64,000 bases of DNA. Source: Candidatus Freyarchaeum deiterrae (GTDB lineage Archaea > Asgardarchaeota > Jordiarchaeia > Jordiarchaeales > Jordiarchaeaceae). The position numbers and the translations under genes are program-made. The notes beneath the pieces are model-generated. The model saw only the letters and a program-made list of their open reading frames with translations, made no database searches and was not told where the DNA came from. The DNA is taken from assembly GCA_037305845.1 (NCBI GenBank), contig CP147778.1:2624001-2688000 (forward strand), given 5' to 3'. This document shows, piece by piece, positions 37,885-48,838 of the stretch (position 1 is its first letter; each line of letters opens with the position of its first letter).

Positions 37885-39749
37885 ACTTCATCACCCAGAA
37901 GAATTGCCTCTAATCCTTCTTTTCCTGATAACATTTTTCTTATCGCTTCTTGTAAGATAGACCTCGCTTCAATGGCTCTTTCCACACTGCTGTTCAATGC
38001 GATTTCTCTTTCACTTACTCTTTTAATTTCGCTGCTAACATTTTCGAGAATCTTAACATTCTCAAATCCTGTGTCTTTCAGGATTACTTTAAAGGCGTCG
38101 TCTAATTTATCCAAAATCTTTGCCTCTTTTAGAAGATATCCCAGTGTAGGGTACACCACATTCATCTCTTTACCCACAAACCCTTTAACTAACTCTTTTA
38201 CAAAACTCAAGTACACCACAGCAGCGGGGTCTTTTATCTCCGGTTCCAGATGTTTTAAGGCTAATATTATAGCTGAGGCTGCATCGCCTTTTAGGGTGGC
38301 CACGGCTCTCTCGTTAATGAAATCCGCAATATTAGCTCTGAACAGTTCTAAAGGCTCTGTAAATAGTGAAAACACAATGTTTGTCTTGTAAAGTCTTTCC
38401 TGAAGAGTTTTGTAGAGTTTGTTAATCCAATCATCCATTTTTTTTCTCATAGTTTCCGTTTTCTGTCTACCGAACACATCTTTTGTAAACTTTTCTACAT
38501 TGAAAACTTCATCCTTTATTTTTTCAAATAGCTCCAATATAGCCATTCGCTCAACCGCTGGAATAACCTCATTTATAATTTCCGACATTTCGTTTCTTAA
38601 AACAGCTTTCTTTTTAGGATCGTAAGTTAGAGCCGTGAGTGGAAAGGCTTCATAAATTTTATCCACCATACTCACAGCAAGAAAGTCCAGTATCTCATCC
38701 TTTCTCTCGGAAATTTCGTCAAAAGAAATCGATTCAAATTTAGCACCCACATTGTATAAAAACTCCGACCCATACCTCATTCTGATTAGGAAGTCTTTCC
38801 TTCTTGTCCCCCACTCTCTGAGTTTTTCTTTCAGTGCACTGTCAAACAGACTGAAATAATTTCTCTGCTCACCAAGAAGAAGTATACAAGAGGGATTAAT
38901 CAGGTACAGGCTTTCAGCCGCCGTTAGTGAGATATGTTTGGTCCAAGAATCTAGAGCCTTATCTACATTGCTTTTAAGTGGTCCTAATATTTTCTGAATG
39001 CTCCATTCAGCCTCTTCTAACTTTATATTTTGAGCCTCGTACACCTCTTCCAAGTATTCAGAGATCATTTCGGAACAAATACGTTTACTCTCAACTAATC
39101 CCTTCTTATCCGCAGAAATAGCCCTCAGAATTGTGCCATGCTCCTTAGTCGCAAATCTACAGGCATCAGAAAAAACTTTCCAGGAGTCGCTCAAATCCTC
39201 AGGGGTTTTCGCCATCTGATTTAATTCTCCACGCTTGAAAGGAGGGACACCAGTTCTTAACAACGCATCGCAGGTTGCTTCCTTTCCTTTTTCCCCCAAT
39301 TTTGCAATGCAAATATTCAAGTGTCTAATAATGCCCGGCATTAGAAAATCCTTGAGAAAAACGAAAAACTCTCTTTTACCCTTATTCTTCTGCTCCAGAG
39401 TATCGATGTCCAGAGAATAAGAACTACCAGGTGTCAGAGCAGCTCCAATATAAAACTCTCGAATCTCTTCCGCAACATTAAACTCCTTAACACACCAGCC
39501 GATTCCACCAGTAGCATTAATACCTCCAAAAAACACATCCTTGGCGGTGCCGGCATGCTCTCTGATAGACTGTTCGAGTGCAAAAACCAAGCCCGTTGAC
39601 ATGTCCACATCATTAGTCGCCCTTCCGCCGCCGACAGTGTAGATAGACATACCAGATTTTCCATCCCCAACAAGAATTTCAAGCGTACCAAAAGCGCTCA
39701 TGCCAGAAGATTTACCTTCAGCTGATTTTTCAACGTCTCCACTTTTCAA
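37881..39749 (-). CDS. N-terminal half of giant-protein copy B (longin-like domain)
   Basis: Aligns with copy A up to GDEV; stops at TGA because of 2 extra nt. Confidence 0.75.
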   Translation of the reverse strand: MKSGDVEKSAEGKSSGMSAFGTLEILVGDGKSGMSIYTVGGGRATNDVDMSTGLVFALEQSIREHAGTAKDVFFGGINATGGIGWCVKEFNVAEEIREFYIGAALTPGSSYSLDIDTLEQKNKGKREFFVFLKDFLMPGIIRHLNICIAKLGEKGKEATCDALLRTGVPPFKRGELNQMAKTPEDLSDSWKVFSDACRFATKEHGTILRAISADKKGLVESKRICSEMISEYLEEVYEAQNIKLEEAEWSIQKILGPLKSNVDKALDSWTKHISLTAAESLYLINPSCILLLGEQRNYFSLFDSALKEKLREWGTRRKDFLIRMRYGSEFLYNVGAKFESISFDEISERKDEILDFLAVSMVDKIYEAFPLTALTYDPKKKAVLRNEMSEIINEVIPAVERMAILELFEKIKDEVFNVEKFTKDVFGRQKTETMRKKMDDWINKLYKTLQERLYKTNIVFSLFTEPLELFRANIADFINERAVATLKGDAASAIILALKHLEPEIKDPAAVVYLSFVKELVKGFVGKEMNVVYPTLGYLLKEAKILDKLDDAFKVILKDTGFENVKILENVSSEIKRVSEREIALNSSVERAIEARSILQEAIRKMLSGKEGLEAILLGDEV

Positions 39750-39946
39750 AACAACACATCCAGAAAATTCTCTATCGCTTTCACATAAAAGAACATAACA
39801 GATTCCTAAAAGCTTATTGTACCCACAAACATTTTACCAACGACTAAACTGAGATTTGTTAGTTTGAAACGTTTTTCCACAAAATATATTAGAAAAAGGC
39901 TAATTTGTTTAGAGAACTGTTAAAGAAGTTACTCGGACTCTGTTTT

Positions 39947-40900
39947 CTATTCTTGCTGCTTTTTTATCTCCTTTAGAATTTTGTCTCTGGTTTTCTGATC
40001 CTTTGTAATTATTTTTCCATCAGTTGAGATGTATATTTTTGGTGTTTTTGCTTCAATTAGTGGTCCGACTTTTCTGAAATCTATTCCTTGTCTTGATTTT
40101 AACCCTTCTATTGCGTCGAGGATGTTGTCTCCCTCAAGGGTGATTTTCTGTATTCCCTTTACTCCACTGAATTGTGAATCTCCTGCGAATGATGCCTTTT
40201 CTACTGTTTCGTTTTCCATAATCTCTTGTAGAACGTATGGGGGTATGGTAATGGGGGCAAATTTTGCGGCTATTACTTTTTGCAAGGTTTTTATAACTTC
40301 ATCAACTTTTTTCTTTGAATCTCCACCTATTAAAAGCGTCTGTTTCTCCAAGTTTAGGATGCATCTCACATGGTTTACTGGATTTATCACCGTATAATCA
40401 AAGTCCCACTGTTCCACTAAAAGCGGCTTCTCCTCATAAGAATACACCAGGTAATACTCTTTATCCTTAGAAATTTCGAACACATTGAAATTGGCTCTCG
40501 AAGAATTGTCAATGCTCTTTAGCATTCGTTTTAGAATATTCTCTAAACCATTGGTATCTATACTCTCAATAGGCTTCGAATAATTGTAAACACTCCACTC
40601 ATCCTCTTTAAAAACGGTGTTCATATCATAAAGGAGCAGGAGGTCCAAAAACTTTGGGAAAATTAATTCTTTTCCGTCGAGAATTTCTATAATTTCATCT
40701 TTCGGTAAATCGCCAACTATTCCAAATCCCCAACCCGTTACTAGTTTCTGCACTACCTTTGGGCTTAAAGGCTCAAAAAGAAATTCTAAGACTCTCTTAT
40801 CTAACAACACTTTTCTTATTTCTGCGTAGCTCAAAGAAGTCACCGAATTTACATTATTGATTAACCCATAAACTCTATTATTAGAATCCTTTATTGTCAT
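39947..40900 (-). CDS. Hypothetical alpha/beta protein
   Basis: 317-aa ORF with normal composition; no securely recognised motif. Confidence 0.75.
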   Translation of the reverse strand: MTIKDSNNRVYGLINNVNSVTSLSYAEIRKVLLDKRVLEFLFEPLSPKVVQKLVTGWGFGIVGDLPKDEIIEILDGKELIFPKFLDLLLLYDMNTVFKEDEWSVYNYSKPIESIDTNGLENILKRMLKSIDNSSRANFNVFEISKDKEYYLVYSYEEKPLLVEQWDFDYTVINPVNHVRCILNLEKQTLLIGGDSKKKVDEVIKTLQKVIAAKFAPITIPPYVLQEIMENETVEKASFAGDSQFSGVKGIQKITLEGDNILDAIEGLKSRQGIDFRKVGPLIEAKTPKIYISTDGKIITKDQKTRDKILKEIKKQQE

Positions 40901-41031
40901 TTATATGAATTTAGAGGCTTAACCCTCGCCTTCACTTTTTCTTAACCTTGATATAAGATTGGATTTTGATGCTTAAATTTATAACTTGCAAAAATTTAAA
41001 AAGTTATATACTAATTCTCAATAAATGAATA

Positions 41032-41850
41032 ATGTTGAGGGCTTACATTATGATAATAGACGCGCATACTCACCCTTATTTCAATAGAACCTCAACCAAA
41101 GGGCTTGGTTTTGTGGGAAACTTGGAAGGAGTACTAACCTATTCCTCATTAAAATATGCGAAAAACAGACTAGGTATTAAAAGGCTCGGTCACTATCTCC
41201 TGCAACGAATGTACACCAATGGTATCAATAGAGCGATAGTATCCGCGTTCCTTCCCTATACCACAATAGTTGTGAAAAGCCTCATAGACGTGTTCCCAGA
41301 ACAGTTTATCGGATTTTGCTGTGTGGACCCCCATGATCCGAAAGCCGGTCAAATCCTAGAAAACTATATCAGAAGCGGCTTCAAGGGCTTGAAGCTCCAT
41401 GCAGTGCACCAAAACTTCTGGCCTAAAGAAGCTATGCACATCTGGGAGAAAGCTGAAAAACTCAAGATTCCAGTTCTCGTACACTCTGGGCGAATATGGC
41501 AAGGAGACTCTGACAACTCCAATCCCTTATACTACCGGGAAATCATTGATAAGTTTCCGGGATTGAAAATGATTATTGCGCACCTGGGAGGATCATTTGA
41601 GAAAGAAGCATTACAGGTAGCAAAGGAATACGATAATATATGCCTAGACACATCCGGCGGACCTGCAAAAAAGATTATGATCGCTATACAAGCTCTGGGC
41701 AGTGACCGCGTAATCTTCGGCAGTGACATGCCCTTCATTCCTTTCGGGAACCCCGCCGACGAACTCAACAGAATTAGTAAATTAGAAATAAGCGACGAAG
41801 ATAAACAACTCATTCTGGGTCAAAACATACTAAGACTCCTCAAATCCTAA
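41032..41850 (+). CDS. Amidohydrolase_2 family protein
   Basis: IIDAHTH, GLKLH, VHSG, AHLGG, FGSDMP. Confidence 0.9.
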   Translation: MLRAYIMIIDAHTHPYFNRTSTKGLGFVGNLEGVLTYSSLKYAKNRLGIKRLGHYLLQRMYTNGINRAIVSAFLPYTTIVVKSLIDVFPEQFIGFCCVDPHDPKAGQILENYIRSGFKGLKLHAVHQNFWPKEAMHIWEKAEKLKIPVLVHSGRIWQGDSDNSNPLYYREIIDKFPGLKMIIAHLGGSFEKEALQVAKEYDNICLDTSGGPAKKIMIAIQALGSDRVIFGSDMPFIPFGNPADELNRISKLEISDEDKQLILGQNILRLLKS

Positions 41851-41939
41851 TAAATCCCATTTTCAGCTCTTTACCGTCAAGGATAATACTTGATTCAACA
41901 TTTGAAAATTTAAAAAAGTGGGCTACTCCCCTTGATTCT

Positions 41940-42392
41940 CTACTTTAGATTATTATACTTGTAGAAAGCACAGTGTAAATCTTTTAGTAGGGAGTACCTA
42001 AACTCTATGGACGTTTTTCCAATAACCGAATCCTCTGTTGACTTCAAAGCCTCAGCAAACTTCTGCCGGTCTCCCTTTTCAAAGGATTCAAATAGTTTTT
42101 CACCCACCTTAAAAATCGGATTATTTAGGAGTTCGGAGTATTGATCACTTTTCCTCTTAAGAAAGTCTATGGCTTTTCGAGGTGGTTCTCGCAGGTTTAT
42201 CATTATTGAATGTGCAACCATGTCAAAAACGTATTCTGAGGCTCCCTTATAATCTCTAACTTTAAGGCGTGAGCTAATTGCATCAGCAGCACTCCTTGCA
42301 GAGTCCTGTAAATCTTCCCCGCTGTTCGCTACCATAGCCTCAAAAGATTTCATATCCTTACTATCCGGTGGACTTAGATATCTATCAGACAA
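41940..42392 (-). CDS. Hypothetical helical protein
   Basis: 150 aa; TTG start with GGAGGT SD. Confidence 0.7.
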   Translation of the reverse strand: MSDRYLSPPDSKDMKSFEAMVANSGEDLQDSARSAADAISSRLKVRDYKGASEYVFDMVAHSIMINLREPPRKAIDFLKRKSDQYSELLNNPIFKVGEKLFESFEKGDRQKFAEALKSTEDSVIGKTSIEFRYSLLKDLHCAFYKYNNLK

Positions 42393-42704
42393 ACAATTAC
42401 CTCCAAAGAAACACTAAACAACTAATCGAAGTAGTGAATCACCTTTTTTAACATTATCGGAAACTCCCGGAGAGGATAATCCCTACTTTAGTCCAGCTAA
42501 GTAAGAAAACGATAATGAAAAGTCTTTTTAGTGAAACAGAAACTGCCGGTGCAGTTTTCAGCAAAATGCTAACCGCATCAGGTGAGATGTTGAGGTAGCT
42601 GAAAAAAAGCTTGCCACTAATTTCCATCAATTTTAAAATACTGGAAAAGTAACGCTTTTAACAAATTTTTTAATTTTTATCTAAAAAAATTTTGGGTGTG
42701 TTTT

Positions 42705-42947
42705 TCAGTTTTCGCTTATGGGGTCTACTTGGAAAATCGACCTTCCCTTCCATCTAATAATTTTGACGCAGGCGGCTCCCCCGTATCTCCTCATCAAAAT
42801 TGATAATTTTTTGGAAACACAAAAAACAGTTTTTCCCTTTTTTAACTTTTCAAGAGCATCTATAATATCTCCATTATAATCTACTATCTCATCATCTCGG
42901 GGGTGTCTTAGTTGCCTCTTCCTCTCATCAATATTTCCCACTTCCAT
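42705..42947 (-). CDS. Small hypothetical protein
   Basis: 80-aa ORF with ATG start. Confidence 0.55.
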   Translation of the reverse strand: MEVGNIDERKRQLRHPRDDEIVDYNGDIIDALEKLKKGKTVFCVSKKLSILMRRYGGAACVKIIRWKGRSIFQVDPISEN

Positions 42948-43474
42948 AATTACGCCTTCTTCTCACTTGTTGCCCCCGACCGTAGGTCTTGAACAAATCT
43001 TCCATTTTCAACTTCTTACTTATTATTTCCCTTTCTCTTATTTAAATTTATTTTACGTCAGTGGTTCAAAAATTTTTTTTAATATGTTATAAGATTTTTT
43101 CGGATGCATCCTAATCTCAAAATAGATTAAGCATCATAATACTCCTCGGTTCGAAGCCTTTTCACTCACGTTTGGCTTGATGTACAAAAAAATTTTGTGA
43201 TTACTACCATTGTCTCAAACTTAAATTTTTACTAGACACATTCACCCCTTCTAAGTGGCATAGAGCATGTTCTTAAATTTGGAAACATCTTATGCTAAAA
43301 ATGTTAATCATTAACATATAAAAATATAAATTTGGAAAATAGAAAGACAAACTATGCGAGATTAGATGTTCTCGATTAAAAGTGCAATAAATATCTTTTT
43401 TGAGTATCTCATAATAAACCGCTGCTCTATTTTCAGCCGCTTCAGAAATTAATTACTGGTAACATTGATTTATT

Positions 43475-43939
43475 TTATTTTTGGGGAGGACTGAATTTTT
43501 TAACAATATTTTGGGTTTCTTCTAATATTTCTTGGGGTGAGAGTTTTTCCAAATTCTCTTCCAATTTGTTGTACTCTTCAACTGCCTTTTCAAAAATGGG
43601 ATTAGGATTGTGAATCTCATGTACCATATGCTTTCTCGTCTCTATTCCCACAAAAACATTTTCTCTTACTTCATCATCCGTTATTCCAAGATTCTTTTGC
43701 TCTCTCACCAACTCGTCAAGAAAAAGAAACAGCCCTGATCTCACCAGTGTAAGAAGGCGCTTCCTACGATACTCGGGCGTTTCTTGAAAGCCCTCAACCT
43801 CCTTCTCTTTTTTCGGCTTTTTCGTCTTTGGCAAAAAGTCAGGAGGTTCAAAATTATCCCTACTCATAGAAGCAAAATCTCCAACAATCTCATAATCTAT
43901 TACTCGATTAGTCTTCAGTCTTTTATTTAACTTTCGCAA
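43475..43939 (-). CDS. Hypothetical protein
   Basis: 154-aa charged ORF; start uncertain. Confidence 0.55.
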   Translation of the reverse strand: MRKLNKRLKTNRVIDYEIVGDFASMSRDNFEPPDFLPKTKKPKKEKEVEGFQETPEYRRKRLLTLVRSGLFLFLDELVREQKNLGITDDEVRENVFVGIETRKHMVHEIHNPNPIFEKAVEEYNKLEENLEKLSPQEILEETQNIVKKFSPPQK

Positions 43940-44244
43940 AAGGATTCATAGGAGATTCTAAATGGATTGTGATGGATTTGAAAGAGTATTTTAAATAAAA
44001 TTTTCTCACGTTGCAGTTCTACAAACCCAATAAGACCAGATAAATCTGAATCACTGAAAAATAAGAAAAAAAACGTTTAAAATGAAAAGGCCGGTTATAC
44101 TCGAAAGCTATTTTTTGTTCATTCATATTTTTTCTTGTCCATATCTCGCGATTCCACTTTGGATGACGCTTATTACGCGAAGCTAACAAATGATGCAAGC
44201 GATTACAAAAAATTAGGGACTAGTCGAGGAGAGCGCCAAAAACT

Positions 44245-45348
44245 CTATCCCAATTTCGGGTAGTCGATATAACCCTTCTCCTCACCCGTGTAAAAGGTAT
44301 GATGATCTGGCGAATTGAGTGGTGCATTTTTCCTGAAGCGTTCAGGTAGGTCTGGGTTAGCCAAGAACAGGGTTGCGAAGGAAATCAGGTCTGCATCTCC
44401 TTTTTCAATAGCTTCGTTTCCGCTAAGGGCATCGTAGCCTCCATTTAAAATAAGTGCCCCTTTGAATATCTCACGAATGATTGGAGCCAATCGCGCATCC
44501 GGTGCTATTTCAAGCGTGCCTGAAACATACTCAACCATGTGAAGATAACCGAGTTTGGTCTTATTCAGCTCCTTCGCTAAATATGAAAAGGTTTCACGTG
44601 GATTAGTATCAGACATCGACCAGAAAGCAAAATGAGGAGAGATTCTGTATCCCACTCTCTTCGGGCCCCAAACACCAATCACTGCCTTAGCGACTTCAAG
44701 AGGAAGACGTGCGCGGTTCGCTAAACTCCCGCCATATTTGTCGGTTCGATGATTGGAGCCGTCTTTCAGGAACTGGTCCAGCAGATATCCATTGGCACCG
44801 TGGATCTCGACGCCATCGAAACCTGCCGCCTTAGCGTTCTCAGCCCCTTTTTTGTATTGTTTAATAATATCCGGTATCTCACTGAGTTCAAGAGCTCTTG
44901 GAGTCACGATTTTCTTTCTGCCCTCTTGGGTAAAAACTTCGCCCTCGACTGGCAGTGCAGAAGGCGCGACAGGGAGTTCGCCACCGTGAAAATCAGGATG
45001 CGACACTCTTCCTACATGCCAGAGTTGGAGGAAAATTTTCCCGCCTGCCTGATGAACGGCGTCAGTCACCTTCTTCCAGCCTTCAACCTGCTCAGGCGAG
45101 TGAATACCCGGAGTACGGATATAACCAACCCCCTGAGGGCTCACCTGGCTACCTTCGGTGATGATGAGGCCGGCAGAAGCTCTTTGAGAGTAATAGGTGG
45201 CGGCTGCCGGATGTGGTACATTGCCGTCAACAGCACGACTACGAGTCATAGGCGCCATCACCATACGGCTTGTGAGTTCGAGTTCGCCCAATTTGTACGG
45301 AGATAAAAGAATCATACCCAATCCTTCCTCCTTAATTGTTTTTTTCAT
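44245..45348 (-). CDS. nemA: Old Yellow Enzyme family alkene reductase (NemA-like); likely start ATG 45315
   Basis: MAPMTRSRA, QLWHVGRVSH, EIHGANGYLLDQF, NPDLPERF, GYIDYP. Confidence 0.93.
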   Translation of the reverse strand: MKKTIKEEGLGMILLSPYKLGELELTSRMVMAPMTRSRAVDGNVPHPAAATYYSQRASAGLIITEGSQVSPQGVGYIRTPGIHSPEQVEGWKKVTDAVHQAGGKIFLQLWHVGRVSHPDFHGGELPVAPSALPVEGEVFTQEGRKKIVTPRALELSEIPDIIKQYKKGAENAKAAGFDGVEIHGANGYLLDQFLKDGSNHRTDKYGGSLANRARLPLEVAKAVIGVWGPKRVGYRISPHFAFWSMSDTNPRETFSYLAKELNKTKLGYLHMVEYVSGTLEIAPDARLAPIIREIFKGALILNGGYDALSGNEAIEKGDADLISFATLFLANPDLPERFRKNAPLNSPDHHTFYTGEEKGYIDYPKLG

Positions 45349-45515
45349 TTACGAAAAATTATTTACTCTTTTTAATAAGGTTTTTGGGTTGCGTAGAGTC
45401 TTTCCAGAGTTGGACTAGAATCGTTCAATATTTGATAACTTAGTAAATGCAATCATGCTACGTCTCTCACTAAAAACTTCCCATAAAATTACTTAAAATT
45501 TGAATTTCAACTTGA

Positions 45516-46010
45516 TTAGGCAAAACTATACTTAGCTTCCCCTGTAAGATATTTTATTACAACAACCGCAACTATAATTGAAACCAGTCCAATTCCCAAC
45601 AGTAGAGAAGCTAAATAGCTTCCCGCAATTCCAAAAACAAGCAAAGAAGAAACGCTGAGTAACAAAACTGAAATAACGTCCAAAAAGTACAGAATAACAA
45701 ACCACCCAACAATGAAGAGGAAACCCAAACCCACAAGAACAAAAAAACTCCCAAGAGCCAAATAATAAGCCCACATCCTAAGACCCCACAACCCCAAACC
45801 CACAACAAAGCCAAAAACAGCAACGGACACAAACACTAGAGACAACCAATACAACTGAGGAACACCCTGAAAGGGAACAAAAATATTAAAAGACGGAGAA
45901 AAATTCCTAAAAAGCTGGTAACCCCAAACCAAAAACACAGCCGAAACAACAATTACGGAAACCGATAAAATCTGAACACCCAACGGCTTAACCATGAAAA
46001 CACCACACAA
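45516..46010 (-). CDS. Four-TM membrane protein
   Basis: KPLGVQILS start, GLWGLRMWA loop, hydrophobic helices. Confidence 0.75.
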   Translation of the reverse strand: MCGVFMVKPLGVQILSVSVIVVSAVFLVWGYQLFRNFSPSFNIFVPFQGVPQLYWLSLVFVSVAVFGFVVGLGLWGLRMWAYYLALGSFFVLVGLGFLFIVGWFVILYFLDVISVLLLSVSSLLVFGIAGSYLASLLLGIGLVSIIVAVVVIKYLTGEAKYSFA

Positions 46011-46222
46011 TCACAAACCAAATATCATAACAAATTTATTTAGACTTATCGCAACCAAAATTTATCAAAACAAAACAAACCAGAAAACCCAAAAGCACAC
46101 TTCAAGAGCTTCAAAAATAAATAAAAACCACATTCTTTTTCTTTAGTGGACCATGGACTAAGGTTTTTGGGTCGTGTTTATATTACTGCAACAGTTATAT
46201 TATTGTTAAGAGATGAGAGACG

Positions 46223-47272
46223 ATGGAACGGTACACCGTGAGGGATGTTGCGGTTCGTGTGGCTGATTTTTTGGAAAACCCTCGAACAATAAGCAGTGAA
46301 CCGGGCGTCCTCCTAGGTGAGTTTATTGTCGCCTGCCAAATACTGGGAGTTATAGGCGACTCGGTAGCCGTTCCGACTCTCATAAAGCAGTTGAAGGAAT
46401 GCGGAAGTAACAATGGCTTAACAGCTCGTTACTTTATGAAAGCCGCTGCAGACGCCCTAATAAAAATCGGAGAACAAGCAGTAAAACCACTCACGGAACT
46501 CCTAGAAAATGAACACTCGGAGACGCGGAAGTTCGCTGCCTACGCCCTAGGCAAAATCGGGAACAGAGGAGCGCTCCCGACATTAGAGAAAATTTTTAAC
46601 GACCTTCAAGAATCGGAACTGGTACGAGAAGTTGCAGGCAGAGCGTTGCTGCAGGTGAACCCCCAAAAAGCGGCGGAAATAGTGCAGGCGGACAGACTGA
46701 CACCTACAGAAGATCCCACGGAGCTGCCAAAAATAAAAGACGATTTGAAACTCATAAACCAGTATTACGAATCCCTAGACGACCTAGGACCCCCGTCAGA
46801 ATACCAGTATTCAACGAATCTATACAACTACATTGAAGAAGTGGTTTACGACAATTTATACGAGAGACTCGAGTGGGAGGGCTGCCTCGACCCAGAGAGA
46901 TACAACGAACTTGCCAAAAAGCTGAAGTTACCGCGGGAAATAATCGACAAGGTAGAAAAAATCGACATCCACTTCCTACTATGCCTCTGCGGAGAATACC
47001 TCCAGCGAAGATACGTAGACAAACTGTCAAAAAGAATGTGGGAACTCAACGACGACGAAGGATACCACTTCCAAACCGAAGACGTAATATGCACCTACTG
47101 CGAAAACTGCAAAAGATACACCGCACTCGAAAGAATCACAGACGACGCCCACCCAAACCAGGACGAATTCTACTGGTTCTACCTACCCCGACTCCCAAAC
47201 CAAACCGAACTAATCAACGAAACCGAACTAGAATCAAAACCACCAACATGGAAAAAAGAAATCAACGACTAA
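46223..47272 (+). CDS. HEAT/PBS-lyase repeat protein with C-terminal Cys motif
   Basis: AADALIKIGEQAVKPL, AAYALGKIGNRGALPTL; CTYCENC near the C-terminus. Confidence 0.8.
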   Translation: MERYTVRDVAVRVADFLENPRTISSEPGVLLGEFIVACQILGVIGDSVAVPTLIKQLKECGSNNGLTARYFMKAAADALIKIGEQAVKPLTELLENEHSETRKFAAYALGKIGNRGALPTLEKIFNDLQESELVREVAGRALLQVNPQKAAEIVQADRLTPTEDPTELPKIKDDLKLINQYYESLDDLGPPSEYQYSTNLYNYIEEVVYDNLYERLEWEGCLDPERYNELAKKLKLPREIIDKVEKIDIHFLLCLCGEYLQRRYVDKLSKRMWELNDDEGYHFQTEDVICTYCENCKRYTALERITDDAHPNQDEFYWFYLPRLPNQTELINETELESKPPTWKKEIND

Positions 47273-47493
47273 AAAGTCTTTTCAGGGTATCAAAAACAGT
47301 ACTAAAAAGAATAGCCAGATGAACCTCAGGGATATAAGTGTAGCTAAGCACCCTTAGTCTCACTCCAAGCTCCAACCCCGCTCATCAAAAAGCCTCACGA
47401 CGAGCAGGATCAAAGGCCTCATAAAAACTCTTCCTCAACCTGCTAAGAACCACATCAAGCTCAGCACGAAAAGCAACAGTCGTCCTAACCCAA
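47265..47493 (-). pseudogene. Decayed small gene resembling the archaeal PolB2-operon accessory protein
   Basis: With one frameshift it reads MGRTTVAFRAELDVVLSRLRKSFYEAFDPARREAF, followed by stops. Family assignment is from memory of the MGRT-x-x-x-FR pattern. Confidence 0.4.
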
Positions 47494-47612
47494 AACAAAC
47501 TCCAATAAACTATCGAAATATACAGTCTCAAGAAAACTCGGATTTTCCAAGCATATTTAGAATAAAAACTGCGTTTAACTTAGAAAAGAAGTGTGAAACC
47601 GCTTTTTTTCTA

Positions 47613-48794
47613 TTAATAATTATACAGTTTCAGGTCTCCTTTACTATCGATGGTCAGATAACAGTTCGGATTAAGCGTAAGCCAGCAAGCCGCATTCGCT
47701 ACTAGGTTCCCCTTATTGGGATCAATGGGAACATGAGTATGCCCGAATACCAAATAATCGTCCTTCCCAAGTTTTTTTCCAAACACATTCTCGTATTTAC
47801 TTCGAAGCTTCTCCTCATAACTCATGCCCTTTTTGTAATACTTAATTTCCTTCTCATACTCATTAACTAACTCCGAAACATCAATCCCAAGAGCCGGACT
47901 CACGTATTGAAAGACTCCGCCCTGCCGTAGTTCCTTTTTAAAAAGTTCCTCTAGGGGATTTTGGGTTTTTACCCTTTCCTCTGGAGACAGTAAAGTATAG
48001 TTGCAAAGTTCCTTAAATCCTTCCTCTCCAAGGGACTCCAATATGGTGGATTCAAGCAGTTGTTCTTTTTGTTTAGGTTTTAACCCGTTGATTTCTTTAA
48101 ACAATTCGGGGCTCTTAGTTTCCATCACGTGGAATCCTTTAGTGCCGAGTTTTCCTTTTTCTATCAATTTACTTACAGGTAAATCTGTAAGTTTCTTCTT
48201 GAGTTGCTGAAAAAAATCCCATATCTCACTAGCTATCCGACCTCTATCTTCACCCAATGAACACAGACAAAGATAAAGATCCTCATACAGAGGCCTCAAT
48301 ATCGGGTACCCAAGTTCAGTTAATTGATATCCATGAATGAACTTGAAGTTCTTCCCATTGATTGGAGGAAGAACGTACTCATCAGGAATGTACTCGAAAT
48401 ATTGTTTTTTATTTTTCACATTCATATTCTTGAGTATATTTAAGCCCCTTTTATTTATAGTATCATCTTTGTCACTACCATTCGGCCAAGTCATTACCTC
48501 AAGGTCGAAGTCGTGGTTTCCTACTACATAGATCTTATGCTCAACATTCGTTAGGCTAAGTAATTGTTCAAGGATGTCCCTATTTTCGTCTATTACCGTT
48601 TCGTTATCTCTTCTCCAGAATTCTAGCATATCCCCTAACAAGATGAGATATTCAATACTATGTTTTTTTAGAAATTTAATAAGAAAGGCATTAAATTTTT
48701 TTTTGTCACACTCTTCTTTACCATTTGAATAGGCTTTATACCCTAAATGGACATCTGAGACTACAACTGCCTTATATTCTGATTTCTCCAACAT
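47613..48794 (-). CDS. Calcineurin-like metallophosphoesterase (LpxH-like)
   Basis: SDVHLG, LGDMLE, GNHD, IHG, FGHTH. Confidence 0.9.
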   Translation of the reverse strand: MLEKSEYKAVVVSDVHLGYKAYSNGKEECDKKKFNAFLIKFLKKHSIEYLILLGDMLEFWRRDNETVIDENRDILEQLLSLTNVEHKIYVVGNHDFDLEVMTWPNGSDKDDTINKRGLNILKNMNVKNKKQYFEYIPDEYVLPPINGKNFKFIHGYQLTELGYPILRPLYEDLYLCLCSLGEDRGRIASEIWDFFQQLKKKLTDLPVSKLIEKGKLGTKGFHVMETKSPELFKEINGLKPKQKEQLLESTILESLGEEGFKELCNYTLLSPEERVKTQNPLEELFKKELRQGGVFQYVSPALGIDVSELVNEYEKEIKYYKKGMSYEEKLRSKYENVFGKKLGKDDYLVFGHTHVPIDPNKGNLVANAACWLTLNPNCYLTIDSKGDLKLYNY

Positions 48795-48838
48795 GAAACC
48801 CCCTAATATATTTCCCTCATTTACTAAAAATTTCCATA

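Larger units (their letters stand above)
31500..39780. repeat. Tandem segmental duplication (~31500-35200 and ~35450-39780)
   Basis: Intergenic DNA, the small-gene 5' end, the thioredoxin-like gene 3' end and the giant gene are all repeated in the same order. Confidence 0.92.
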
